Assembly: GCF_016806735.1 (NCBI RefSeq) | Contig: NZ_CP060530.1 | Coordinates: forward strand, 270,001-302,000 | Direction of reading: 5' to 3' | DNA from: Candidatus Micrarchaeum sp. | GTDB taxonomy: Archaea > Micrarchaeota > Micrarchaeia > Micrarchaeales > Micrarchaeaceae | DNA: 32,000 nt | In this document: positions 24,502-32,000 of the stretch, one piece after another | Layout: each line of letters starts with the position of its first letter | Numbering within the stretch: the stretch's first letter is position 1 | The notes under the pieces: generated by a model | Told to the model about the DNA's origin: nothing | Seen by the model: the letters and a program-made list of their open reading frames with translations, nothing else | Databases searched by the model: none | Made by a program: the position numbers and the translations under genes

Positions 24502-26958
24502 TCAGAATTCAACCTTCACGGAAAACTCCTTCGATTCCTTGATGTCGATCTTTTCCGCCTTGCAAATGCTCTTCAATTCATCCTTCGAGGAATTGACAGT
24601 ATTATAATATTCCGCAGGAACATTTATATTTATTAGCTTGGCCGATGCGTTGAGGGCCAGCTTGGAATCGCTCTTGCTCTTCCTGACTATCGCTATTATG
24701 TCATTCAGAAGGTTTCCTGCGCTGTCTATATCCTCTGCTACGACCCCGCTCTCAAATATGAATCCGTTTATTACGTAGCCGTTTGGCTTGTCCTGGGCTG
24801 CGTGCTTCGGGAACTTCTCGAGCATTATGCTGCTCTCGCTGAACATCGCATTTATCTCCTCTGTTGCATGCGGTATTATCGGTGCAAGAGCCTTTAGGGA
24901 TTCCATGAGAACGTGCCTGAGGGTGAATATCGCTGCGATCTTGCTGCCCTCGCCCTTCTTGCTGGTGTCGTATATCCTGTGCTTTACGTTCTCTATGTAA
25001 TAGTCGCAGAATTCGTGCCAGAAGAAATTTACCAGCTTGGTGGCTGCATCGTAAATGTTGTATGCCTCGTAATCCTTGTCCGCGCCTTCAAGGACTGCGT
25101 TGAGCCTTGTGAGTATCCACGCGTCAAAAATGTTGATGTCGTTGTGCGGTGGCTCTTCAGGGATCTTGTTCTCGCCTATCGCGTTCCTTACGAAAACAGC
25201 CGAATTGTAAGCCTTGACTATGAAGCTTTTCGCGTATTTCACATCCTCGTGGGAGAAGACCTTGTCCTTATGCGTGGCTCCGCTGAGCGCAACCCACAGC
25301 CTTACGCTGTCTATGGAGTATTGCTTTGCAAGATCCAGCGGGTCAACGCCATTGCCTAAGCTCTTGTGCATCTCCCTTCCGTCAGGGCCCAGCACCATTC
25401 CGTGCGTAAGCATTGTCTCAAGGGGCTTGCTCCCGGTTATGGCCCATGTCCTGTATATGGTATAAAATGCCCACGTCCTTATTATGTCAGTTCCCTGTAT
25501 GCGCACAGCCGGAGGGAACGCCGACTTGAAGAACTCCTTGTCGTCAGGCCATCCGCTTATAAGCATCGGCGTAATTCCCGAATCGACCCACACGTCGCAC
25601 GTGTTCTTTTCACCCTCTATGTTGGATGATCCGCACTTCGGGCATTTTTCAACAGGGGCCTTTTCGACCGCGGGATTCACTGGCAGCATGGATTCTTCCG
25701 GAGCTATGGTTTCGCCGCAATCCGCGCAGTACCAGAACGGTATCGGCGTTCCGAATACCCTGTTTCTTGATATGTTCCAGTCCCACTCTATGAAGTTTGC
25801 CCAATCATAAAGCCTTTGCGCAGAGCTTTCGGGTATCCAGTGCATCTGCGACGCCATCTCCTTTATCTTTTCCGAATGCTCCTTGGTTTTAAGGAACCAT
25901 TGCATTTCGGATATCAGCTCTTCGGGGGTTCCGCATTTGTCGTGAATCTTTACCGTCTGGCTTATCACATCGCTCTTGACCAGCAGATGCGCAGCGTCAA
26001 GATCCTTCAGGACCTCCTCGCGAGCCTCATTGACCTTCATTCCTGTGTACTTGCCTGCGTTGAGAAGCCTTCCGTTCTGGTCCTCTGCCCTTATAAGATC
26101 CAGCTTGTGCTTGTAATACATCATGACGTCCTGCTTGTCTCCGAATGTGCAAACCATCTCGGCGCCGGTACCAAAATCCTTGTCTACGCTGTCGTCGGCT
26201 ATTATCTTCACATCCCTGCCTGCCAGCGGCACAGAGACCCTGTGGCCCACCATCTTCTTGTATCTGCTGTCGGAAGGATTTACTGCTACGGCTACGCACG
26301 CGTGCATCAATTCCGGCCTTGTCGTGGCTATTATTATGTCCTCTTCAGACTTTCCTGGCGAAGCGAACCTTACATGGCTGAGCTTGGTGTCCCTTTGCTT
26401 CTCTTCGGTTTCCTCCCTGGCTATTGAACTGCCGCAGTGCGGGCACCATTCCACGGGATGGTCCGCCCTGTAAACGAACCCTTTGCTGTTCATGAGCAGC
26501 AGCGACTTTTGTACCTTGGCTCTGTAGTCTTCCCTCATGGTCGCGTACTCGTAGCGCTCGTCGAATGATGCGCCCAGGTATCTCATCCCCTCCTTGAGAA
26601 CCTTTATGTTTGAATTTGCCACTTCCACGCATTTGTTGTAGAATTCTTCCCTTGGCATGTTTCTTCCGTATTTCTTTTCAGTTTCTATCTCTGTCGGGAA
26701 TCCCTGCGTGTCCCATCCCTGCGGGTATAGCACGTTATATCCTTTGGCCCTCCGGTAGCGTGCAATGGCATCGATGTAGCATACCCAATATGCCTGGCCC
26801 ATGTGCAGGCTTCCTGTTGTGTTCGGCGGAGGGGTGTCTATTACGAATAGGGGTTTTGAAGTTTCATCTTTGTTGAAGTTGAACATCTCGGCCTTTAGCC
26901 AGTAATCGTTCCATTTTTCCTCTTCTTTCGGATCATAAGGCAAATAATCACATCGCAT
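24502..26958 (-). CDS. valS: Valyl-tRNA synthetase
   Basis: Class I HIGH region PPPNTTGSLHMGQAYW. Editing (CP1) motifs IIATTRPELMHACVAVAVNPSDSRY and FGTGAEMVCTFGDKQD. KMSKS region DGREMHKSLGNGVDP. The PPPN-TG context and the TTRPE motif point to ValRS rather than IleRS or LeuRS. Confidence 0.85.
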   Translation of the reverse strand: MRCDYLPYDPKEEEKWNDYWLKAEMFNFNKDETSKPLFVIDTPPPNTTGSLHMGQAYWVCYIDAIARYRRAKGYNVLYPQGWDTQGFPTEIETEKKYGRNMPREEFYNKCVEVANSNIKVLKEGMRYLGASFDERYEYATMREDYRAKVQKSLLLMNSKGFVYRADHPVEWCPHCGSSIAREETEEKQRDTKLSHVRFASPGKSEEDIIIATTRPELMHACVAVAVNPSDSRYKKMVGHRVSVPLAGRDVKIIADDSVDKDFGTGAEMVCTFGDKQDVMMYYKHKLDLIRAEDQNGRLLNAGKYTGMKVNEAREEVLKDLDAAHLLVKSDVISQTVKIHDKCGTPEELISEMQWFLKTKEHSEKIKEMASQMHWIPESSAQRLYDWANFIEWDWNISRNRVFGTPIPFWYCADCGETIAPEESMLPVNPAVEKAPVEKCPKCGSSNIEGEKNTCDVWVDSGITPMLISGWPDDKEFFKSAFPPAVRIQGTDIIRTWAFYTIYRTWAITGSKPLETMLTHGMVLGPDGREMHKSLGNGVDPLDLAKQYSIDSVRLWVALSGATHKDKVFSHEDVKYAKSFIVKAYNSAVFVRNAIGENKIPEEPPHNDINIFDAWILTRLNAVLEGADKDYEAYNIYDAATKLVNFFWHEFCDYYIENVKHRIYDTSKKGEGSKIAAIFTLRHVLMESLKALAPIIPHATEEINAMFSESSIMLEKFPKHAAQDKPNGYVINGFIFESGVVAEDIDSAGNLLNDIIAIVRKSKSDSKLALNASAKLININVPAEYYNTVNSSKDELKSICKAEKIDIKESKEFSVKVEF

Positions 26959-27011
26959 GCCGGCAAGAAGCGCGGCTGACAGCTAATATATTTCAGCTAT
27001 AGATTAAAAAT

Positions 27012-27038
27012 TGTTTGCTGCAACTGCTGCAGCAAACA
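27012..27038. promoter_or_regulatory. Perfect 11-bp inverted repeat between valS promoter and the IS left end
   Basis: TGTTTGCTGCA (27012-22) and TGCAGCAAACA (27028-38) are fully Watson-Crick complementary, with loop ACTGC. The repeat lies 54-80 nt upstream of the valS ATG and about 45 nt outside the TnpB element's left-end hairpin. Confidence 0.4.
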
Positions 27039-27132
27039 GAATCAGTCGGTCGTTTTGCTATTTATCAAAGTGAGCGGGAAAACCCACACTCTTCAGAGGT
27101 GGGATGAGAGCGAACCGCAGAATAGCAAGGCG

Positions 27133-27140
27133 TATAAAAT
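27133..27140 (+). promoter_or_regulatory. TATA box for tnpB
   Basis: TATAAAAT starts 25 nt upstream of ATG 27158, consistent with a leaderless or very short-leader archaeal mRNA. Confidence 0.4.
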
Positions 27141-27157
27141 TTAATTGCGTAGATAAC

Positions 27158-28351
27158 ATGGTCATCTTGAAAAAGACATACAGATATAGGGCGTATCCTT
27201 CGCAATCGCAGAAGTCGGCACTCAACCGCCAGATGTACCTATCGAAACAAATTTACAATCTCCTTCTTGAGCAATCACAAAAGCACTTCAAGGAAACTGG
27301 AAAGGCGTTCACGAAATACGACATGAACAAATGGATAACAAAACTCAAGAAAAAGAATCCGGAATTCAACGAACTCTATTCGCAGGTCTGCCAGAACATC
27401 GCAGACAGGGTTTCAAAGGCATACCAGAACTTCTTCAGGAGAATAAAGGAAAGAAAACATGGAAAGAAAATCAAGGTCGGTTTTCCAAGATCCAAATCAT
27501 ATATATCCTCGCTGACATACCCGCAATCTGGATTCAAACCAGAAAAGAAGAAGGTTTTCATTTCAAAAATCGGAAGAATAAATTTCGTCAATCACAGGGA
27601 CATGGAGGGAAAGATAAAAACAATGGCGATAAAACAGACAAAATCGCAGGAATGGTATATCACGTTTTCGGTAGAAAATGGGGAAACACCACTGTTCTCG
27701 AACAATAAACCACAGGTAGGGATTGACTTGGGGCTCAAAGAATATGCAACCATGTCGGACGGAACGAAGATTCCAAATCCAAGAATCTCGAATAAATCCA
27801 TAGATAAATTGAAAATGATTCAGAGAAGGCTCTCGAATAAAAATAGGGGAAGCAAGAACAGGAGAAGGGCAAAGATAAAACTTGCGAGGATTTCAGGACA
27901 CATCGCAAGGCAGCGGGATGACTTCCTTCACAAGACATCCCATCATCTCGTCAATTCATACTCATTAATTGCATACGAGGAACTGAAGATTGCAAATATG
28001 ATGAAGAATCATCATCTTGCAAGACAGATTACAGATGTTTCTTGGGGGAACTTCATCCAATACCTCTGCTACAAGGCTGAAAGTGCTGGTTGCAGGGTAG
28101 TTGGAGTGAATCCAAAGAACACCTCTAGAACGTGCAGTGATTGTGGAAATATACAGGATATTGAATTGAGTGAACGGACATTTCTCTGTCAGAAATGCGG
28201 GATGTCAAAGGACAGAGATTTGAATGCCTCAATAAATATCCTGACTACCGCAGGACTTGCGGGAAGTAACGCCTCTGGAGACGTTGTAAGACCTCAGCTA
28301 CAGGAGGCAGCCGTCGTTGAATCAGGAACTATACTTGGTGGTTCAAGATGA
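27158..28351 (+). CDS. tnpB: TnpB (IS200/IS605 OrfB) RNA-guided endonuclease
   Basis: The N-terminus LKKTYRYRAYPSQSQKSALNRQMYLSKQIYN is typical of OrfB. RuvC-I is VGIDLGLKEYAT, RuvC-II is LIAYEELKIANM, the Zn ribbon is CSDCGNIQD...FLCQKCG, and RuvC-III is KDRDLNASINIL. All three acidic catalytic positions and all four Cys residues are present. The ORF-track start at 27104 runs through the left-end hairpin, so ATG 27158 is preferred. Confidence 0.9.
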   Translation: MVILKKTYRYRAYPSQSQKSALNRQMYLSKQIYNLLLEQSQKHFKETGKAFTKYDMNKWITKLKKKNPEFNELYSQVCQNIADRVSKAYQNFFRRIKERKHGKKIKVGFPRSKSYISSLTYPQSGFKPEKKKVFISKIGRINFVNHRDMEGKIKTMAIKQTKSQEWYITFSVENGETPLFSNNKPQVGIDLGLKEYATMSDGTKIPNPRISNKSIDKLKMIQRRLSNKNRGSKNRRRAKIKLARISGHIARQRDDFLHKTSHHLVNSYSLIAYEELKIANMMKNHHLARQITDVSWGNFIQYLCYKAESAGCRVVGVNPKNTSRTCSDCGNIQDIELSERTFLCQKCGMSKDRDLNASINILTTAGLAGSNASGDVVRPQLQEAAVVESGTILGGSR

Positions 28352-28404
28352 CCAATCAAAAAGCCACTATTGGAAGCCTACGACTTCAGTCGTGGGAGGA
28401 TGTC
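28230..28404 (+). ncRNA. Putative omega RNA (reRNA) scaffold of the TnpB element; 5' boundary is a guess
   Basis: In characterised TnpB systems, the guide RNA scaffold is transcribed from the 3' end of tnpB through the element's right end. Here the right end contains a strong 8-bp hairpin (28377-28396). No transcript evidence is available from sequence alone. Confidence 0.35.
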
Positions 28405-29609
28405 ACGAAATGCTCGAATATTTTCTTTTCCTTCTTTTTCTTCTCGTTGAGGGCCCTGGCGTTGAATATGATCGAGTTTCCCAGTATCTTCTTTGCTACT
28501 TCCTGCTTGTGTGCATCAAGGGCATTCTTAATCTCCAGGCTCTGGCGCTCTTCTTCAACGTTGCTCTTTTTCTCAGCTTCTTCCTTCCTCAGAAGCCCGA
28601 AGCCTTCTGCCTTCTCCATGCGCGGCGTTTCTGCCTTGTGATCTTTTTCGCTTGCAACTGCTTCTACATGGCCGCTAACCAGCCTCTCGCCGAATTCCTG
28701 ATAAACGTTGCTCGTAAATTCCTCTATGCTGAGATCAGGGAAGCAAAGGCAATCAGAGCTGGCGTATGCAGATGTATTCCCTTCGAGCACTACCGTGTGG
28801 CTTATGTTATCGAGCGCCACATACCTCATTGCATAAGCGTTCCTTGCAACCTCTTCCATTACACTCTGCTTTATCGTGCTCGCTATTGTTGCTGAAAGGC
28901 TTGATCCTGCGCTTTTTGCATTGCCATACAGCATTCCTGCGACCGCGCTGCTCCTCGAATAAACGCCGTGCGTAAGCGTGTACAGGGCTTCTGAGCCCAT
29001 CGCACTGTATATGGTGCTCTTTATCTTAGGTATAAAGTTGAAGCTTACGTTGAGCTGTTTGCCCTCGCTGTTCTTTGCGTTTACGCTCACCATCTGCTTC
29101 TTCGAATAGTCTTCCGCATAAGCGTCCATGCGCTGCTTTGCTGCAGTTGCTTTTTCTTCATGGGTTTCTTCTGAAATGTATTCCATGACGTGCCTGGCTC
29201 CTACTTCCATAGCCACTGCCTGCTGCTTTGCCATCATGCTCTTCTGTGCTTCCAGGGTGCCTATGGCGTAAGCCATGCGTGCGTCGCTGCTGAGGCTTAT
29301 CATTCTGCTTACCACTTCAAACAGTCCCAGAGCGCCCTTCCTGCTTACGCTGAAAACCTCTGGCTCTTTGCCTCCCACAAGGCTTATCTCCAATTTCTGG
29401 CCCTTCCTGACGTTGAGGGCCGCTATCTTGTCATAAAACAGCGATTTGTAGCCTGATCCTGTGAACACTAAGAGCCTCCTGTTGGTGGCTATTATCCTGT
29501 TCCTGCCCCTGCTCAGCAGCTTTTTCCCGTGCTGCGTCTCGTAGTATTTCTCCTCTTCTTCAAATAGCATTGGTTCAGAGAGCTGGTTGGCATTTTCATT
29601 GTTTGACAT
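28386..29609 (-). CDS. Hypothetical protein with N-terminal bacterial-PH-like domain and Lys/Glu-rich C-terminal helix
   Basis: ATG 29609 (MSNNENANQL...); the ORF-track start is TTG 29633. The segment RIIATNRRLLVFTGSGYKSLFYDKIAALNVRKGQKLEISLVGG...VFSV resembles bPH/DUF304-type PH domains. The central region is Ala/Ser-rich. The C-terminal part appears coiled-coil-like (EEERQSLEIKNALDAHKQEVAKK...NEKKKKEKK). No TM segments. Confidence 0.6.
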   Translation of the reverse strand: MSNNENANQLSEPMLFEEEEKYYETQHGKKLLSRGRNRIIATNRRLLVFTGSGYKSLFYDKIAALNVRKGQKLEISLVGGKEPEVFSVSRKGALGLFEVVSRMISLSSDARMAYAIGTLEAQKSMMAKQQAVAMEVGARHVMEYISEETHEEKATAAKQRMDAYAEDYSKKQMVSVNAKNSEGKQLNVSFNFIPKIKSTIYSAMGSEALYTLTHGVYSRSSAVAGMLYGNAKSAGSSLSATIASTIKQSVMEEVARNAYAMRYVALDNISHTVVLEGNTSAYASSDCLCFPDLSIEEFTSNVYQEFGERLVSGHVEAVASEKDHKAETPRMEKAEGFGLLRKEEAEKKSNVEEERQSLEIKNALDAHKQEVAKKILGNSIIFNARALNEKKKKEKKIFEHFVTSSHD

Positions 29610-29821
29610 AAGTAAGTTTGCGCCTACATCCAAGTTGGATTAGAAAGTTGTAATGCACTTATTATTTATACTTTTTGTATGGTGCGTTTGTATCTCCATC
29701 ATGCATCGCAACAACCTTAAGTCGGTTTATTGCCCACCTTCGAAAACCATCGCCTTTGTTCGGATCTGGCCAAATTGCCAGTTTAGAAAAGGCTTAAATC
29801 AGTTAAACCGGATATTTAACC

Positions 29822-30703
29822 ATGCAAATATTGAACTCTGCGGCCCCATATAACCTTTTTGGGCTCGAAGACCAAAGCTACGAGAAAGCCAAATTCGTGG
29901 TACTACCTGTGCCTTACGATTCTACGATGAGCTACGGCTCAGGCTCCAGGGACGGGCCCGACGCCATAATAAGGGCCAGCAGGCATATTGAGCTATACAG
30001 CGAAGAGCTCGGCTTTTCCCCTGCGGATGCTGGCATATATACCCTGGAGCAGCTTGAGCCAGACGTGAGCGGCCCTGAGGCCATGGTCAAAAGAATAGCA
30101 AGGGAAGTATCCATAATAATAGACGACGGAAAGGTCCCGCTTCTGCTCGGCGGCGAGCACACTGTTGCGCTAGGTGCGGTCATGGCAATTGCCAATGCGG
30201 GAGATGACTTCAGCGTGCTGCATTTCGATGCACATTCCGATTCGCGTGAGGAATTCATGAACAGCAAATATTCGCACGCGTGCGTAATGGCTAGAATAAG
30301 GGATATGTGCAAGAGCACATACAGCGTAGGGGTAAGGAGCATAGACGAGCAGGGCTATTCTAAGTATTCAAAAGACATACTCTACATGAAAGATATGCGC
30401 AGCATGTCGGACAAGATGATAGCAGAATCTATATCCAAGCACGTAAAGAAGAACGTTTACATAACTATAGACTTGGACGTGCTGGATCCATCTGAAATGC
30501 CAAGCGTGGGAACACCAGAGCCCGGAGGCATGAGGTACACAAGCCTAATTAACATCCTCTCCGGGGTCTTAAAAGGGAGAAAACTTATAGGTGCCGATAT
30601 CTCAGAGCTTGCGCCAATACCGGGGATTAGGGCTCCGGACTATCTTGCAGCAAAGCTGGCTTATGAGCTCGTCGGCATGGCTACTCTAGGCACCCGCAAA
30701 TAG
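29822..30703 (+). CDS. speB: Agmatinase (arginase/ureohydrolase family)
   Basis: Mn-binding motifs LLLGGEHTVALG, VLHFDAHSDS and ITIDLDVLDPSEMPSVGTPEPGG. The size and the N-terminal FVVLPVPYDST are typical of archaeal agmatinases. Confidence 0.9.
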   Translation: MQILNSAAPYNLFGLEDQSYEKAKFVVLPVPYDSTMSYGSGSRDGPDAIIRASRHIELYSEELGFSPADAGIYTLEQLEPDVSGPEAMVKRIAREVSIIIDDGKVPLLLGGEHTVALGAVMAIANAGDDFSVLHFDAHSDSREEFMNSKYSHACVMARIRDMCKSTYSVGVRSIDEQGYSKYSKDILYMKDMRSMSDKMIAESISKHVKKNVYITIDLDVLDPSEMPSVGTPEPGGMRYTSLINILSGVLKGRKLIGADISELAPIPGIRAPDYLAAKLAYELVGMATLGTRK

Positions 30704-30712
30704 GTGCAGCAA

Positions 30713-31330
30713 ATGAAAGTTATACTTGCACGGCACGGCAACACAGAAGCAAACAACGCAGCTGTGCATCAGTCGCCTGATACTCCGCTCTCAAAAGAAG
30801 GCATAGCGCAATCCGAAGCCCTCGCAAAAAAGCTGGCCAGCGTCGATATAGACTATATAATATCCAGCCCCTACGCGAGAGCCCGTCAGACTGCCGAGAT
30901 AATAGGCAAAAAGCTGAATAAGCAAATAGAATACGATGACTTGCTCGCGGAAATAATCAGGCCAAAGGAATTCGTAGGCAAACGAATGGACGATCCTGAA
31001 GTGGGGAAAATCCTTGAGGAGATAGAAAAACACGCCAAAAATCCAGAATGGCGCTACCCGGAATCGGAAAACCTGAACGATTTCATAACCAGGGTGGGAA
31101 AATTCGTAAAACGCCTTGAGGGCACAGACTATGGCACTGTACTTGTAGTCACGCACAGTGCCGTAATAAAAACAATGATAACCGTGTGCATGCTTGGCCC
31201 GGATATCGATATTGGGCATTATTCAAGGATTCTTGATTTTCTGCACACAAAGAATACCGGCATAAGCGAGCTGAGATATGACGATTCTGGCTGGGGGCTA
31301 ATGACCTACAACGACATGTCACACCTCTGA
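30713..31330 (+). CDS. Histidine phosphatase family protein (phosphoglycerate-mutase-like)
   Basis: RHG motif in MKVILARHGNTEAN, SSPYARARQTAEII, and the second catalytic His in VVTHSAVIK. GTG 30704, abutting the speB stop, is an alternative start. Confidence 0.85.
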   Translation: MKVILARHGNTEANNAAVHQSPDTPLSKEGIAQSEALAKKLASVDIDYIISSPYARARQTAEIIGKKLNKQIEYDDLLAEIIRPKEFVGKRMDDPEVGKILEEIEKHAKNPEWRYPESENLNDFITRVGKFVKRLEGTDYGTVLVVTHSAVIKTMITVCMLGPDIDIGHYSRILDFLHTKNTGISELRYDDSGWGLMTYNDMSHL

Positions 31331-31377
31331 GCGCCCAGAATACTTAAAGCTGAATGTGATCTGGCTTTGCATCAATA

Positions 31378-31959
31378 TCATGCGCTCTTCTTCCCGTGCT
31401 CCTTTGCCTTTTCTTCCTTTTCGCGCTGCTCTATTTCATTGAGCACTTTTTCGACTTTGCTCCTGAGCTCATCGATGCTGCCCGAGTTTCTTATGGTGTA
31501 CTTTGCATGCTCCATGGCGCTCGCTATCCCAAACTGCTTTTCCTTCTCCTCCCTATTTTCAAAATCTGAATAATTTTTTGGGTCGTCTTCCCTCTTTCGC
31601 TCCACGAGCCTGTCGAACCTCATCATCTTCGGGGCTACCACCGATATTATCGTAACGTTTTCCAGCGTCTTGAAATACTTTGCCTCGTCTGCGCTCCTGA
31701 GACCCACTATGAGTATGTCCTTTGCCGGGAGCTTCCTTATCTTTTCTATGGTCCATCGTGCCACGACGTCATTGCCATATTCCTTTCTGGCGTTCAGCGA
31801 GAAATTGCGTATGCTGTCCTTGTTAACTTCTATCCCGTTCTCCGCCATCCTCTCCTTGACCGATGCACTCATCTCCACTTCCTTGAAGCCCTTAGTCGCG
31901 AGCATCTCTCCAACGAGGCTTTTTCCTGCTCCAGGCATCCCTGTTATGCATATTATCAT
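31378..31959 (-). CDS. P-loop nucleotide kinase (archaeal UPF0200 / adenylate-kinase-like family)
   Basis: Walker A motif in MIICITGMPGAGKS. The overall pattern (…VEMSASVKERMAENGIE…, LIVGLRS.DE, …RFDRLVERKREDDP…) resembles the archaeal UPF0200 dephospho-CoA-kinase-like family. The tail is Glu/Lys-rich. Confidence 0.75.
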   Translation of the reverse strand: MIICITGMPGAGKSLVGEMLATKGFKEVEMSASVKERMAENGIEVNKDSIRNFSLNARKEYGNDVVARWTIEKIRKLPAKDILIVGLRSADEAKYFKTLENVTIISVVAPKMMRFDRLVERKREDDPKNYSDFENREEKEKQFGIASAMEHAKYTIRNSGSIDELRSKVEKVLNEIEQREKEEKAKEHGKKSA

Positions 31960-32000
31960 TATAATCGCGTAGAGTTGGATGCAAAAACTATTATTATTTA

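Larger units (their letters stand above)
27083..28404 (+). mobile_element. IS200/IS605-family element carrying tnpB only (IS1341-like); end coordinates approximate
   Basis: Subterminal hairpins with the same TTCA loop and a shared 3' flank. Left end: CCCAC-A-CTC TTCA GAG GTGGG-ATGA (27083-27103). Right end: CCTACGAC TTCA GTCGTGGG-AGGATGTCA (28377-28396 plus flank). No tnpA (Y1 HUH transposase) ORF is present. The exact ends and the target-adjacent motif cannot be fixed without a second copy or an empty site. Confidence 0.6.

Overview
Archaeal chromosomal window. Evidence for archaeal origin: aRF1 with NIKS/GGQ motifs, ribosomal proteins eS1 (S3Ae) and uS15, an archaeal-type S-layer protein, and TATA-like boxes about 25-35 nt upstream of many start codons. 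The lineage (Thermoplasmata-like or DPANN/Micrarchaeota-like acidophile) is only a guess and cannot be verified here. About 34 genes are tightly packed and change strand frequently.

Contents in order:
- 1-7818: a four-gene cell-envelope locus on the + strand. It holds a DUF2341-like glycoprotein, a 990-aa S-layer protein, a 708-aa glycoprotein anchored by a transmembrane (TM) hairpin, and a 174-aa paralog of that protein's C-terminal 4-Cys domain.
- 8150-10483: an isolated tandem Lrp/AsnC-like regulator flanked by long, very AT-rich spacers. It faces a compact operon of a stand-alone RAM-domain protein and three unannotated 46-50 aa ORFs with overlapping stop/start codons.
- 10569-13493: housekeeping genes aRF1 and serS, then tRNA-Leu(CAG).
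- 13652-14360: a winged-HTH plus RelE/ParE-like toxin-antitoxin pair with a tandem 16-nt repeat in its promoter.
- 14454-19374: a metabolic/transport block (MFS transporter, alpha/beta hydrolase, PEP-mutase/isocitrate-lyase family enzyme, CsaA, APC permease).
- 19532-26958: TrmI-like methyltransferase, type IA topoisomerase with a Lys-rich tail, two small DMT half-transporters, eS1, uS15 and ValRS.
- About 27083-28404: a solo TnpB (IS200/IS605, IS1341-like) element.
- 28386-31959: a PH-domain-like orphan protein, agmatinase, a histidine phosphatase and a P-loop kinase.

No CRISPR array, rRNA or integrase was seen.

Most interesting items:
- The apparently intact TnpB element has recognisable left- and right-end hairpins. 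Its right end appears to supply the last codons and the stop of the convergent host gene.
- The tRNA-adjacent toxin-antitoxin-like module.
- The micro-ORF operon next to the tandem Lrp regulator.
- The possible two-component S-layer locus.
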